Below, in pieces: positions 20,247 through 30,386 of a stretch of DNA of 44,098 nt; the stretch's first letter is position 1; each line of letters begins with the position of its first letter. The DNA lies in the IMG/VR virus record IMGVR_UViG_2585427657_000002; one strand, written 5' to 3'. The notes beneath the pieces are model-generated. The model had not been told where the DNA came from. It saw only the letters and a program-made list of their open reading frames with translations, and searched no databases. This stretch comes from a virus (taxonomy: Duplodnaviria > Heunggongvirae > Uroviricota > Caudoviricetes). The translations under genes and the position numbers were made by a program.

Positions 20247-20795
20247 ATGAAGGTTAATAAAAAGAGGCTTGCCGAAATTTTCAACGTGGACCCGCGGACG
20301 ATTGAACGCTGGCAGTCTCAGGGACTCCCTTGCGCCTCCAAAGGTAGTAAGGGCATTGAATCTGTATTTGATACTGCCATGGCAATTCAGTGGTATGCGC
20401 AGAGGGAAACTGATATCGAAAACGAAAAGCTCCGCAAAGAACTGGACGATTTGCGTGCGGCAGCGGAGTCAGATTTACAACCCGGCACCATTGACTATGA
20501 ACGCTACCGGCTCACAAAAGCGCAGGCAGATGCGCAGGAACTGAAAAATGCCCGTGAAGACGGAGTAGTGCTGGAAACTGAACTGTTTACCTTCATTCTG
20601 CAACGTGTGGCACAGGAGATTTCGGGGATACTTGTGCGTGTGCCGTTGACATTACAGCGTAAATATCCGGACATTTCACCATCACACCTTGATGTGGTGA
20701 AAACTGAAATCGCGAAAGCCTCCAATGTTGCAGCTAAGGCCGGTGAAAACGTGGGCGGGTGGATCGATGATTTCAGACGCGCAGAAGGCAGCTAA
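20247..20795 (+). CDS. nu1: Terminase small subunit Nu1 (full length, in duplicated copy B)
   Basis: 182 aa; ...[54 protein letters not shown]...; winged-helix N-terminus. Confidence 0.85.
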
Positions 20796-21358
20796 TGCAG
20801 CCGGTGCGATAGCTACAGGGCTTTTATCTCTCATTATTCCTGTTCCACTGACGACAGTTCAGTGGGCCAATAAACATTATTACCTTCCTAAAGAGTCGTC
20901 TTATACCCCGGGGCGATGGGAAACACTGCCGTTTCAGGTTGGCATCATGAACTGTATGGGCAACGATCTGATTCGCACGGTTAACCTGATTAAATCTGCC
21001 CGTGTTGGTTATACAAAGATGTTGCTGGGAGTGGAGGCTTATTTTATTGAGCATAAATCACGCAACAGCCTTCTTTTTCAGCCCACGGACTCAGCTGCTG
21101 AAGATTTTATGAAATCTCATGTTGAGCCAACGATAAGGGATGTTCCTGCATTGCTGGAGCTGGCTCCATGGTTCGGAAGAAAACACCGCGATAATACGCT
21201 CACCCTGAAGCGTTTTTCCTCCGGTGTGGGGTTCTGGTGTCTGGGTGGTGCGGCAGCAAAAAACTACCGTGAAAAATCCGTGGATGTGGTCTGTTATGAC
21301 GAGCTTTCCTCGTTCGAACCGGATGTTGAAAAAGAGGGTTCGCCAACCCTGCTGGGGG
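20725..21358 (+). pseudogene. A: Terminase large subunit A, 5' fragment ending at a rearrangement junction
   Basis: Identical to the first ~210 codons of 22889..24859, then joins sequence equivalent to 15426 onward (...PTLLG then GTCCGATAATTTTAC...). Confidence 0.7.
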
Positions 21359-21638
21359 TCCGATAATTTTACTTTCTACCGCAGTTAGTTGATTCGTTGG
21401 TCCTGGTAGCACATTGGGCGAGGATTTAAATGCCAGGCAACTGAAGGATGATGTCGCAAGGGAGATAGCGAGAATATTTCTGATTTTCATTTGATGATGC
21501 CTCTGTGTGAAATGACGGTAAACGACGCACTTGTGCCGGCACATAATAGCAAGCACCATAATAGATCAGATTCGATTCTTGCTGTAAGTGATAATTATTC
21601 TCGTTTTCGGGTCCTTTCCGTCGATCCAACAGGTTACG

Positions 21639-21650
21639 GGGCGGCGACCT
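21639..21650 (+). other. cos: cosN (copy 3)
   Basis: Identical 12-mer and flanks. Confidence 0.8.
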
Positions 21651-21826
21651 CGCGGTTTTTCACTATTTATGAAAATTTTTCAGGGAAAATCGTGTCGGTA
21701 CTTCTCGAATATAACTTTTTGTTTTTTTTAATATTGCATCCGTAAAGGTCCGACATGAAAGTGTCCGAAAATGCCTTTTTCTGGCGTTTTCATGTCGGGC
21801 CTTGTATTTGATAATGGGTTGTTTTC

Positions 21827-22092
21827 ATGAAGGTTAATAAAAAGAGGCTTGCCGAAATTTTCAACGTGGACCCGCGGACGATTGAACGCTGGCAGTCTCA
21901 GGGACTCCCTTGCGCCTCCAAAGGTAGTAAGGGCATTGAATCTGTATTTGATACTGCCATGGCAATTCAGTGGTATGCGCAGAGGGAAACTGATATCGAA
22001 AACGAAAAGCTCCGCAAAGAACTGGACGATTTGCGTGCGGCAGCGGAGTCAGATTTACAACCCGGCACCATTGACTATGAACGCTACCGGCT
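21827..22092 (+). pseudogene. nu1: Nu1 5' fragment (third copy), truncated after codon ~88
   Basis: ...TIDYERYRL then joins sequence equivalent to 15576 onward. Confidence 0.7.
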
Positions 22093-22222
22093 GAAATGAC
22101 GGTAAACGACGCACTTGTGCCGGCACATAATAGCAAGCACCATAATAGATCAGATTCGATTCTTGCTGTAAGTGATAATTATTCTCGTTTTCGGGTCCTT
22201 TCCGTCGATCCAACAGGTTACG

Positions 22223-22234
22223 GGGCGGCGACCT
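22223..22234 (+). other. cos: cosN (copy 4, the one contiguous with the intact packaging/head operon)
   Basis: Identical 12-mer and flanks, about 190 bp upstream of the intact Nu1 at 22411. Confidence 0.85.
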
Positions 22235-22410
22235 CGCGGTTTTTCACTATTTATGAAAATTTTTCAGGGAAAATCGTGTCGGTACTTCTCGAATATAACT
22301 TTTTGTTTTTTTTAATATTGCATCCGTAAAGGTCCGACATGAAAGTGTCCGAAAATGCCTTTTTCTGGCGTTTTCATGTCGGGCCTTGTATTTGATAATG
22401 GGTTGTTTTC

Positions 22411-22959
22411 ATGAAGGTTAATAAAAAGAGGCTTGCCGAAATTTTCAACGTGGACCCGCGGACGATTGAACGCTGGCAGTCTCAGGGACTCCCTTGCGCC
22501 TCCAAAGGTAGTAAGGGCATTGAATCTGTATTTGATACTGCCATGGCAATTCAGTGGTATGCGCAGAGGGAAACTGATATCGAAAACGAAAAGCTCCGCA
22601 AAGAACTGGACGATTTGCGTGCGGCAGCGGAGTCAGATTTACAACCCGGCACCATTGACTATGAACGCTACCGGCTCACAAAAGCGCAGGCAGATGCGCA
22701 GGAACTGAAAAATGCCCGTGAAGACGGAGTAGTGCTGGAAACTGAACTGTTTACCTTCATTCTGCAACGTGTGGCACAGGAGATTTCGGGGATACTTGTG
22801 CGTGTGCCGTTGACATTACAGCGTAAATATCCGGACATTTCACCATCACACCTTGATGTGGTGAAAACTGAAATCGCGAAAGCCTCCAATGTTGCAGCTA
22901 AGGCCGGTGAAAACGTGGGCGGGTGGATCGATGATTTCAGACGCGCAGAAGGCAGCTAA
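22411..22959 (+). CDS. nu1: Terminase small subunit Nu1
   Basis: 182 aa, identical to 20247..20795; followed by overlapping terminase A. Confidence 0.9.
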
Positions 22960-24859
22960 TGCAGCCGGTGCGATAGCTACAGGGCTTTTATCTCTCATTA
23001 TTCCTGTTCCACTGACGACAGTTCAGTGGGCCAATAAACATTATTACCTTCCTAAAGAGTCGTCTTATACCCCGGGGCGATGGGAAACACTGCCGTTTCA
23101 GGTTGGCATCATGAACTGTATGGGCAACGATCTGATTCGCACGGTTAACCTGATTAAATCTGCCCGTGTTGGTTATACAAAGATGTTGCTGGGAGTGGAG
23201 GCTTATTTTATTGAGCATAAATCACGCAACAGCCTTCTTTTTCAGCCCACGGACTCAGCTGCTGAAGATTTTATGAAATCTCATGTTGAGCCAACGATAA
23301 GGGATGTTCCTGCATTGCTGGAGCTGGCTCCATGGTTCGGAAGAAAACACCGCGATAATACGCTCACCCTGAAGCGTTTTTCCTCCGGTGTGGGGTTCTG
23401 GTGTCTGGGTGGTGCGGCAGCAAAAAACTACCGTGAAAAATCCGTGGATGTGGTCTGTTATGACGAGCTTTCCTCGTTCGAACCGGATGTTGAAAAAGAG
23501 GGTTCGCCAACCCTGCTGGGGGATAAACGTATTGAGGGCTCTGTATGGCCAAAATCCATTCGCGGCTCGACGCCTAAAATCAAAGGCTCCTGCCAGATCG
23601 AAAAAGCCGCTAACGAGTCGGCACACTTCATGCGTTTTTATGTGCCCTGTCCGCACTGTGGGGAGGAGCAGTATCTGAAATTTGGCGATGATGCCTCGCC
23701 TTTCGGTCTTAAGTGGGAGAAGAATAAGCCAGAAAGTGTTTTCTACCTTTGTGAGCATCATGGCTGTGTGATCCATCAGTCTGAGCTTGACCAGAGTAAC
23801 GGGCGGTGGATCTGTGAAAACACGGGCATGTGGACCCGTGACGGCCTGATGTTTTTCAGCGCCCGGGGTGATGAAATTCCGCCGCCGCGCTCCATCACTT
23901 TCCATATCTGGACGGCGTACAGTCCGTTCACCACCTGGGTACAGATTGTCTATGACTGGCTGGATGCACTGAAAGATCCCAACGGCCTGAAAACCTTTGT
24001 GAACACCACGCTGGGCGAGACCTGGGAAGAGGCTGTGGGCGAAAAACTCGATCACCAGGTGCTGATGGATAAGGTTGTGCGTTACACGGCGGCGGTGCCT
24101 GCCCGGGTGGTTTATCTGACGGCGGGCATTGACTCGCAGCGAAACCGTTTTGAGATGTATGTCTGGGGATGGGCTCCGGGAGAGGAAGCCTTTCTGGTGG
24201 ATAAAATCATCATTATGGGGCGTCCCGATGAGGAAGAGACGCTGTTACGTGTGGATGCGGCGATCAACAAAAAATACCGCCATGCAGACGGAACCGAAAT
24301 GACCATTTCCCGTGTCTGCTGGGACATCGGGGGGATCGATGGCGAAATCGTTTATCAGAGGTCAAAAAAACACGGTGTTTTCCGGGTGCTGCCGGTAAAA
24401 GGCGCGTCTGTCTATGGCAAGCCGGTGATCACCATGCCGAAAACCCGCAATCAGCGGGGCGTTTATCTGTGTGAAGTGGGGACGGACACCGCAAAAGAAA
24501 TTCTCTATGCCCGTATGAAAGCCGAGCCCACGCCTGCGGATGAAGCCACGTCGTATGCCATCCGTTTTCCTGATGATCCGGAGATTTTTTCGCAGACAGA
24601 GGCGCAGCAACTGGTCGCGGAAGAGCTTGTGGAGAAGTGGGAAAAAGGAAAGATGCGTCTGCTGTGGGATAACAAAAAGCGGCGTAACGAAGCGCTGGAC
24701 TGCCTGGTGTATGCCTACGCGGCATTACGTGTGTCCGTGCAACGCTGGCAGCTTGATCTGGCTGTACTGGCAAAATCCCGGGAAGAAGAGACGACCCGGC
24801 CAACCCTTAAAGAACTGGCAGCGAAGCTGTCCGGAGGAGTGAATGGTTACAGTCGCTGA
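22889..24859 (+). CDS. A: Terminase large subunit A
   Basis: ...[32 protein letters not shown]...[14 protein letters not shown]...[19 protein letters not shown]... lambda gpA pattern; start could alternatively be the ATG at 22931 (MISDAQ...). Confidence 0.9.
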
Positions 24860-25049
24860 ACTGCAGGCGCTGCGTCAGGCGCGCCTTGATTTATTAACCG
24901 GTAAACGGGTGGTGTCTGTCCAGAAAGATGGTCGCAGAATTGAATATACGGCGGCTTCTCTGGATGAGCTTAACCGGGCGATCAATGATGCGGAGTCGGT
25001 ACTGGGGACAACCCGGTGTCGCCGTCGTCCGCTGGGAGTGAGGTTATGA
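24843..25049 (+). CDS. W: Head-tail joining protein W
   Basis: 68 aa, ...LLTGKRVVSVQKDGRRIEYTAASLDELNRAINDAE... Confidence 0.9.
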   Translation: MVTVAELQALRQARLDLLTGKRVVSVQKDGRRIEYTAASLDELNRAINDAESVLGTTRCRRRPLGVRL

Positions 25050-26638
25050 AACGAACGCCTGTCCTGATTGATGTGAACGGCGTTCCGCTTCGTGAGAGTC
25101 TCAGCTACAACGGGGGCGGTGCAGGATTTGGCGGGCAAATGGCTGAGTGGTTGCCACCGGCGCAGAGTGCCGATGCGGCCCTGCTGCCCGCGTTGCGTCT
25201 GGGGAATGCCCGGGCAGATGATCTGGTGCGCAATAACGGAATAGCGGCTAATGCGGTGGCTCTGCATAAGGATCACATTGTCGGGCATATGTTTCTGATC
25301 AGCTACCGTCCGAACTGGCGCTGGCTGGGGATGCGGGAGACCGCAGCAAAAAGCTTTGTCGATGAGGTGGAGGCGGCCTGGTCGGAATACGCCGAAGGGA
25401 TGTTTGGCGAGATCGACGTGGAAGGAAAACGCACGTTCACGGAATTTATCCGTGAAGGTGTGGGCGTTCATGCGTTTAACGGCGAAATCTTTGTGCAGCC
25501 GGTCTGGGATACGGAAACCACGCAGTTATTCCGTACGCGTTTTAAAGCCGTGAGTCCGAAACGGGTGGACACGCCTGGACACGGTATGGGGAACCGTTTT
25601 CTGCGGGCCGGTGTGGAGGTCGATCGATATGGCCGTGCCGTCGCGTACCATATCTGTGAGGATGATTTTCCGTTCTCTGGTAGTGGACGATGGGAACGGA
25701 TCCCGCGTGAACTTCCCACCGGGCGTCCGGCCATGCTGCATATTTTCGAGCCGGTGGAGGACGGGCAGACCCGTGGGGCTAATCAGTTTTACAGCGTCAT
25801 GGAACGGCTGAAGATGCTCGATTCCCTGCAGGCAACACAGCTTCAGTCGGCCATAGTGAAGGCGATGTATGCAGCGACGATTGAAAGTGAACTTGATACC
25901 GAAAAGGCCTTTGAATATATCGCCGGCGCGCCACAGGAGCAGAAGGATAATCCGCTTATTAATATTCTGGAGAAGTTCTCCAGCTGGTATGACACGAATA
26001 ACGTGACACTGGGCGGTGTCAAAATTCCGCACCTTTTCCCTGGTGATGATCTGAAACTACAGACTGCGCAGGATTCAGACAATGGATTTTCTGCGCTTGA
26101 ACAGGCGCTGCTGCGGTATATCGCCGCCGGTCTTGGCGTTTCCTACGAACAGTTGTCCCGTGATTACTCGAAGGTCAGTTACTCAAGTGCCCGCGCCTCC
26201 GCCAATGAGTCGTGGCGCTATTTTATGGGGCGGCGAAAATTTATTGCGGCCCGGCTGGCCACGCAGATGTTTTCCTGCTGGCTGGAAGAGGCACTTCTTC
26301 GGGGGATTATTCGTCCGCCACGGGCACGTTTTGATTTTTATCAGGCGCGATCAGCCTGGTCACGGGCAGAGTGGATTGGTGCCGGAAGAATGGCCATTGA
26401 CGGGCTCAAGGAAGTCCAGGAATCAGTGATGCGCATTGAGGCCGGACTGAGCACGTATGAGAAAGAGCTGGCGCTGATGGGCGAGGATTATCAGGACATT
26501 TTCCGCCAGCAGGTCAGGGAATCTGCTGAGCGGCAAAAAGCCGGACTCTCACGTCCGGTGTGGATAGAGCAGGCGTATCAGCAGCAGATAGCGGAGAGTC
26601 GTAGGCCGGAAGAGGAGACAACACCACGTGAGACGTAA
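25046..26638 (+). CDS. B: Portal protein B
   Basis: Starts MKRTPVLIDVNGVPLRESLSYNGGGAGFGGQ...; lambda gpB pattern throughout (...EPVEDGQTRGANQFYSVMERLKMLDSLQATQLQSAIVKAMYAATIESELD...). Confidence 0.9.
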   Translation: MKRTPVLIDVNGVPLRESLSYNGGGAGFGGQMAEWLPPAQSADAALLPALRLGNARADDLVRNNGIAANAVALHKDHIVGHMFLISYRPNWRWLGMRETAAKSFVDEVEAAWSEYAEGMFGEIDVEGKRTFTEFIREGVGVHAFNGEIFVQPVWDTETTQLFRTRFKAVSPKRVDTPGHGMGNRFLRAGVEVDRYGRAVAYHICEDDFPFSGSGRWERIPRELPTGRPAMLHIFEPVEDGQTRGANQFYSVMERLKMLDSLQATQLQSAIVKAMYAATIESELDTEKAFEYIAGAPQEQKDNPLINILEKFSSWYDTNNVTLGGVKIPHLFPGDDLKLQTAQDSDNGFSALEQALLRYIAAGLGVSYEQLSRDYSKVSYSSARASANESWRYFMGRRKFIAARLATQMFSCWLEEALLRGIIRPPRARFDFYQARSAWSRAEWIGAGRMAIDGLKEVQESVMRIEAGLSTYEKELALMGEDYQDIFRQQVRESAERQKAGLSRPVWIEQAYQQQIAESRRPEEETTPRET

Positions 26639-28133
26639 TCTTTCACACATTATTGCCGCAGCATTCAATGAACCGCTGCTTCTGGAGCCCGCCTATGCGC
26701 GGGTTTTCTTTTGCGCGCTCGGGCGCGAGATGGGGGCAGCAAGTCTTTCGGTACCACAACAGCAGGTACAGTTTGATGCTCCCGGAATGCTGGCTGAAAC
26801 GGACGAGTACATGGCCGGAGGTAAACGACCGGCCCGTGTTTACCGGGTGGTGAACGGTATTGCTGTACTGCCGGTGACCGGCACGCTGGTGCACCGGCTG
26901 GGTGGTATGCGGCCATTTTCCGGAATGACAGGCTATGACGGCATTGTCGCCTGTCTTCAGCAGGCAATGGCGGATAGCCAGGTGCGGGGCGTACTGCTGG
27001 ACATTGACAGTCCGGGCGGGCAGGCCGCCGGCGCGTTTGACTGCGCTGACATGATTTACCGCCTCCGTCAGCAGAAGCCGGTCTGGGCACTGTGCAATGA
27101 CACGGCCTGTTCTGCAGCCATGCTGCTGGCGTCGGCCTGCTCCCGACGGCTGGTTACCCAGACATCCCGTATCGGCTCCATTGGCGTGATGATGAGCCAT
27201 GTCAGCTATGCCGGTCATCTGGCGCAGGCCGGTGTGGATATCACGCTGATTTACTCAGGGGCGCACAAGGTGGATGGCAATCAGTTTGAAGCGTTGCCGG
27301 CAGAGGTTCGCCAGGACATGCAGCAGCGGATTGATGCGGCGCGCCGGATGTTTGCCGAAAAAGTGGCGATGTATACCGGTCTGTCTGTTGATGCCGTCAC
27401 GGGAACAGAGGCTGCCGTTTTTGAAGGTCAGTCCGGCATTGAGGCCGGGCTGGCGGATGAATTAATCAATGCGTCGGATGCCATCAGTGTGATGGCCACG
27501 GCGCTGAACAGTAATGTCAGAGGAGGCACTATGCCGCAATTAACTGCAACGGAAGCCGCCGCGCAGGAGAACCAGCGAGTGATGGGGATCCTGACATGCC
27601 AGGAAGCGAAAGGACGTGAACAGCTTGCCACGATGCTGGCAGGACAACAGGGCATGAGCGTTGAACAGGCCCGGGCGATTCTGGCCGCGGCGGCACCGCA
27701 GCAGCCGGTGGCATCCACGCAGAGTGAAGCCGATCGCATTATGGCGTGTGAAGAAGCGAACGGTCGTGAACAACTGGCGGCAACGCTGGCGGCGATGCCG
27801 GAGATGACGGTGGAAAAAGCCCGCCCGATCCTGGCTGCTTCACCGCAGGCGGATGCCGGACCATCACTCCGTGATCAGATCATGGCACTGGATGAGGCAA
27901 AAGGGGCTGAGGCGCAGGCTGAACAGCTGGCTGCCTGCCCGGGAATGACAGTGGAGAGCGCCCGGGCTGTGCTGGCTGCGGGATCAGGTAAGGCAGAACC
28001 GGTCTCTGCATCCACAACCGCCATGTTTGAACATTTCATGGCGAACCATTCACCGGCAGCGGTACAGGGTGGCGTGGCACAGACGTCAGCAGACGGTGAT
28101 GCGGACGTGAAAATGCTCATGGCCATGCCATGA
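26628..28133 (+). CDS. C: Prohead protease C (S49/ClpP-like) with C-terminal scaffold (Nu3-equivalent) region
   Basis: GTG start; N-terminal ...AAFNEPLLLEPAYARVFFCAL... and protease core; C-terminal third contains three tandem ~36-aa modules. Confidence 0.85.
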   Translation: MRRNLSHIIAAAFNEPLLLEPAYARVFFCALGREMGAASLSVPQQQVQFDAPGMLAETDEYMAGGKRPARVYRVVNGIAVLPVTGTLVHRLGGMRPFSGMTGYDGIVACLQQAMADSQVRGVLLDIDSPGGQAAGAFDCADMIYRLRQQKPVWALCNDTACSAAMLLASACSRRLVTQTSRIGSIGVMMSHVSYAGHLAQAGVDITLIYSGAHKVDGNQFEALPAEVRQDMQQRIDAARRMFAEKVAMYTGLSVDAVTGTEAAVFEGQSGIEAGLADELINASDAISVMATALNSNVRGGTMPQLTATEAAAQENQRVMGILTCQEAKGREQLATMLAGQQGMSVEQARAILAAAAPQQPVASTQSEADRIMACEEANGREQLAATLAAMPEMTVEKARPILAASPQADAGPSLRDQIMALDEAKGAEAQAEQLAACPGMTVESARAVLAAGSGKAEPVSASTTAMFEHFMANHSPAAVQGGVAQTSADGDADVKMLMAMP

Positions 28134-28169
28134 AGTCAGTGCTGACCATCAATAGGAGGTTTTTACAAT

Positions 28170-28517
28170 ATGGTGACGAAAACCATCACTGAACAGCGTG
28201 CGGAAGTACGTATTTTTGCCGGTAATGATCCGGCTCATACCGCCACAGGCAGCAGCGGGATTTCCTCGCCAACACCGGCACTGACGCCCCTGATGCTGGA
28301 TGAAGCCACCGGGAAACTGGTGGTCTGGGACGGACAGAAAGCCGGTAGTGCGGTTGGCATACTGGTACTGCCGCTTGAAGGCACAGAGACGGCGCTGACG
28401 TATTACAAGTCGGGAACCTTTGCGACGGAGGCAATCCACTGGCCTGAAAGTGTGGATGAACACAAAAAGGCCAACGCCTTTGCTGGCAGTGCCCTGAGTC
28501 ACGCGGCGCTGCCGTAA
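28170..28517 (+). CDS. D: Head decoration protein D
   Basis: 115 aa, ...NDPAHTATGSSGISSPTPALTPLMLDEATGKLVVWDGQKAGSAVGILVLPLEG... Confidence 0.9.
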   Translation: MVTKTITEQRAEVRIFAGNDPAHTATGSSGISSPTPALTPLMLDEATGKLVVWDGQKAGSAVGILVLPLEGTETALTYYKSGTFATEAIHWPESVDEHKKANAFAGSALSHAALP

Positions 28518-28574
28518 CACGTTATCAGGCCACCGCGGTGGCCTGACTGATTTCTGAATGAAAGGAACTGATTT

Positions 28575-29603
28575 ATGGGATTGTTTACGACCCGCCAGTT
28601 ACTCGGTTATACCGAACAAAAAGTTAAATTTCGTGCGCTGTTTCTGGAGCTGTTTTTCCGCCGTACGGTGAATTTCCATACCGAAGAGGTGATGCTGGAC
28701 AAAATTACCGGAAAAACGCCGGTGGCGGCCTATGTCTCCCCGGTTGTTGAAGGAAAAGTGCTGCGTCATCGTGGTGGTGAAACCCGCGTGTTGCGTCCGG
28801 GCTACGTCAAGCCGAAACACGAATTTAATTACCAGCAGGCGGTTGAGCGCCTTCCTGGTGAAGATCCATCTCAACTGAATGATCCGGCTTACCGCCGTCT
28901 GCGTATCATTACCGATAACCTCAAACAGGAAGAGCACGCGATTGTCCAGGTGGAAGAAATGCAGGCGGTAAATGCTGTGTTGTATGGCAAATACACCATG
29001 GAAGGAGACCAGTTCGAGAAAATTGAGGTCGATTTTGGCAGGTCGACGAAGAATAACATCACTCAGGGTAGTGGTAAGGAGTGGTCAAAACAGGATCGTG
29101 ACACGTTCGATCCTACACATGATATTGACCTCTACTGCGACCTGGCCAGCGGTCTTGTGAATATTGCCATTATGGACGGTACCGTCTGGCGTCTTCTGAA
29201 TGGTTTTAAGCTGTTCCGCGAAAAACTGGATACCCGTCGCGGTTCAAATTCTCAACTCGAAACGGCAGTGAAAGATCTGGGCGCAGTGGTGTCCTTCAAG
29301 GGGTATTACGGCGATCTGGCCATTGTGGTGGCGAAAACGTCTTATATAGCAGAAGACGGTATCGAAAAACGTTATCTTCCAGATGGCATGCTGGTTCTGG
29401 GGAATACTGCTGCAGATGGGATCCGTTGTTACGGTGCCATTCAGGATGCTCAGGCGTTGTCCGAAGGTGTGGTGGCCTCTTCCCGTTATCCGAAACACTG
29501 GCTGACGGTAGGGGATCCCGCCCGTGAATTTACCATGACGCAGTCCGCGCCGCTGATGGTGTTGCCGGACCCGGATGAGTTTGTGGTGGTACAGGTGAAA
29601 TAA
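28575..29603 (+). CDS. E: Major capsid protein E
   Basis: 342 aa, ...LDTRRGSNSQLETAVKDLGAVVSFKGYYGDLAIVV...GDPAREFTMTQSAPLMVLPDPDEFVVVQVK. Confidence 0.95.
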   Translation: MGLFTTRQLLGYTEQKVKFRALFLELFFRRTVNFHTEEVMLDKITGKTPVAAYVSPVVEGKVLRHRGGETRVLRPGYVKPKHEFNYQQAVERLPGEDPSQLNDPAYRRLRIITDNLKQEEHAIVQVEEMQAVNAVLYGKYTMEGDQFEKIEVDFGRSTKNNITQGSGKEWSKQDRDTFDPTHDIDLYCDLASGLVNIAIMDGTVWRLLNGFKLFREKLDTRRGSNSQLETAVKDLGAVVSFKGYYGDLAIVVAKTSYIAEDGIEKRYLPDGMLVLGNTAADGIRCYGAIQDAQALSEGVVASSRYPKHWLTVGDPAREFTMTQSAPLMVLPDPDEFVVVQVK

Positions 29604-29611
29604 TCCGTGAG

Positions 29612-29640
29612 CGGGGGCGAAATGCCCCCGTGTCTTTTTT
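29612..29640 (+). terminator. Intrinsic terminator-like hairpin right after the major capsid gene
   Basis: CGGGGGC-GAAAT-GCCCCCG followed by TGTCTTTTTT. Confidence 0.55.
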
Positions 29641-29654
29641 CACAGGGGGCTGAT

Positions 29655-30029
29655 ATGGCAACGAAAGAGCAAAATCTGAAACGGCTTGATGAACTGGCCC
29701 TGATTCTGGGGCGTGAGCCGGATATATCCGGGAGTGCCGCAGAGATAGCGCAGCGGGTGGCAGAATGGGAAGAGGAAATGCAGTCATCCGGCGATGATGT
29801 ACAGGTTATGAATATGGATATCCGGGAGCGGGAAACCGCGGCTCATGATGTTCGTGAGGAAACATCCGGCGCGTTAACGCGCATCAGAGTTCTGACCTGC
29901 CTCCATCTCTGTGGCGTTGATGGTGAAACGGGGGAATCCGTTGAGCTTGCGGATGTTGGTCGGGTGATTCTGATTATGTCCTCAGATGCAAAAACACACG
30001 TTGATGGTGGAATGGCTGTTTATGCGTGA
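29655..30029 (+). CDS. FI: FI (DNA-packaging / head assembly accessory)
   Basis: ATG 29655 preceded by GGGGG; MATKEQNLKRLDELALILGREPDISGS...; position between E and FII. Confidence 0.75.
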   Translation: MATKEQNLKRLDELALILGREPDISGSAAEIAQRVAEWEEEMQSSGDDVQVMNMDIRERETAAHDVREETSGALTRIRVLTCLHLCGVDGETGESVELADVGRVILIMSSDAKTHVDGGMAVYA

Positions 30030-30375
30030 TTTTCAGAATGCCTTTGATGCCGCCCTTGCCGGGGTGGACAGTACGATTGTTGAAGTGATGGGCATCAGTG
30101 CGCAGTTCACCTCCGGTGCACAGCGTGGCGGCGAGGTTCATGGCGTTTTTGACGATCCGGAGTCGCTGGGTTTTGCCAGTAGTGGGATCCGTATTGAAGG
30201 AAGTAACCCGTCATTATTTGTGCTTACGGATACGGTTTGTGCTGTACGGCGTGGTGACACGCTGACCATTAACGGCGAGATGTTCTGGGTGGACCGTGTT
30301 TCTCCGGATGACGGAGGGAGTTGTTATCTCTGGCTCAACCGGGGGCAACCACCTGCCGCCAGCCGTCGCCGCTGA
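30022..30375 (+). CDS. FII: Head completion protein FII
   Basis: MRDFQNAFDAALAGVDSTIVEVMGISAQFTSGAQRGGEVHGVFDDPESLGF...WVDRVSPDDGGSCYLWLNRGQPPAASRRR. Confidence 0.85.
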   Translation: MRDFQNAFDAALAGVDSTIVEVMGISAQFTSGAQRGGEVHGVFDDPESLGFASSGIRIEGSNPSLFVLTDTVCAVRRGDTLTINGEMFWVDRVSPDDGGSCYLWLNRGQPPAASRRR

Positions 30376-30386
30376 AAGGGGGATGT

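Larger units (their letters stand above)
16321..21358 (+). repeat. Segmental duplication copy B (offset +4353 from 11968..17005)
   Basis: Byte-identical ORFs (holin, endolysin, Rz/Rz1, bor, lipoprotein, Nu1) recur at +4353; this copy runs on through a complete Nu1 and the first ~630 bp of terminase A before the next junction at 21358/21359. Confidence 0.85.
21359..22092 (+). repeat. Segmental duplication copy C (equivalent to 15426..16159)
   Basis: Carries a third cosN (21639..21650) and a Nu1 5' fragment (21827..22092) ending one nucleotide from the copy-1 junction position. Confidence 0.8.

Noticed and set aside
23255-24055. 266-aa minus-strand ORF inside terminase A
   Set aside because: Antisense shadow ORF within a conserved terminase gene.
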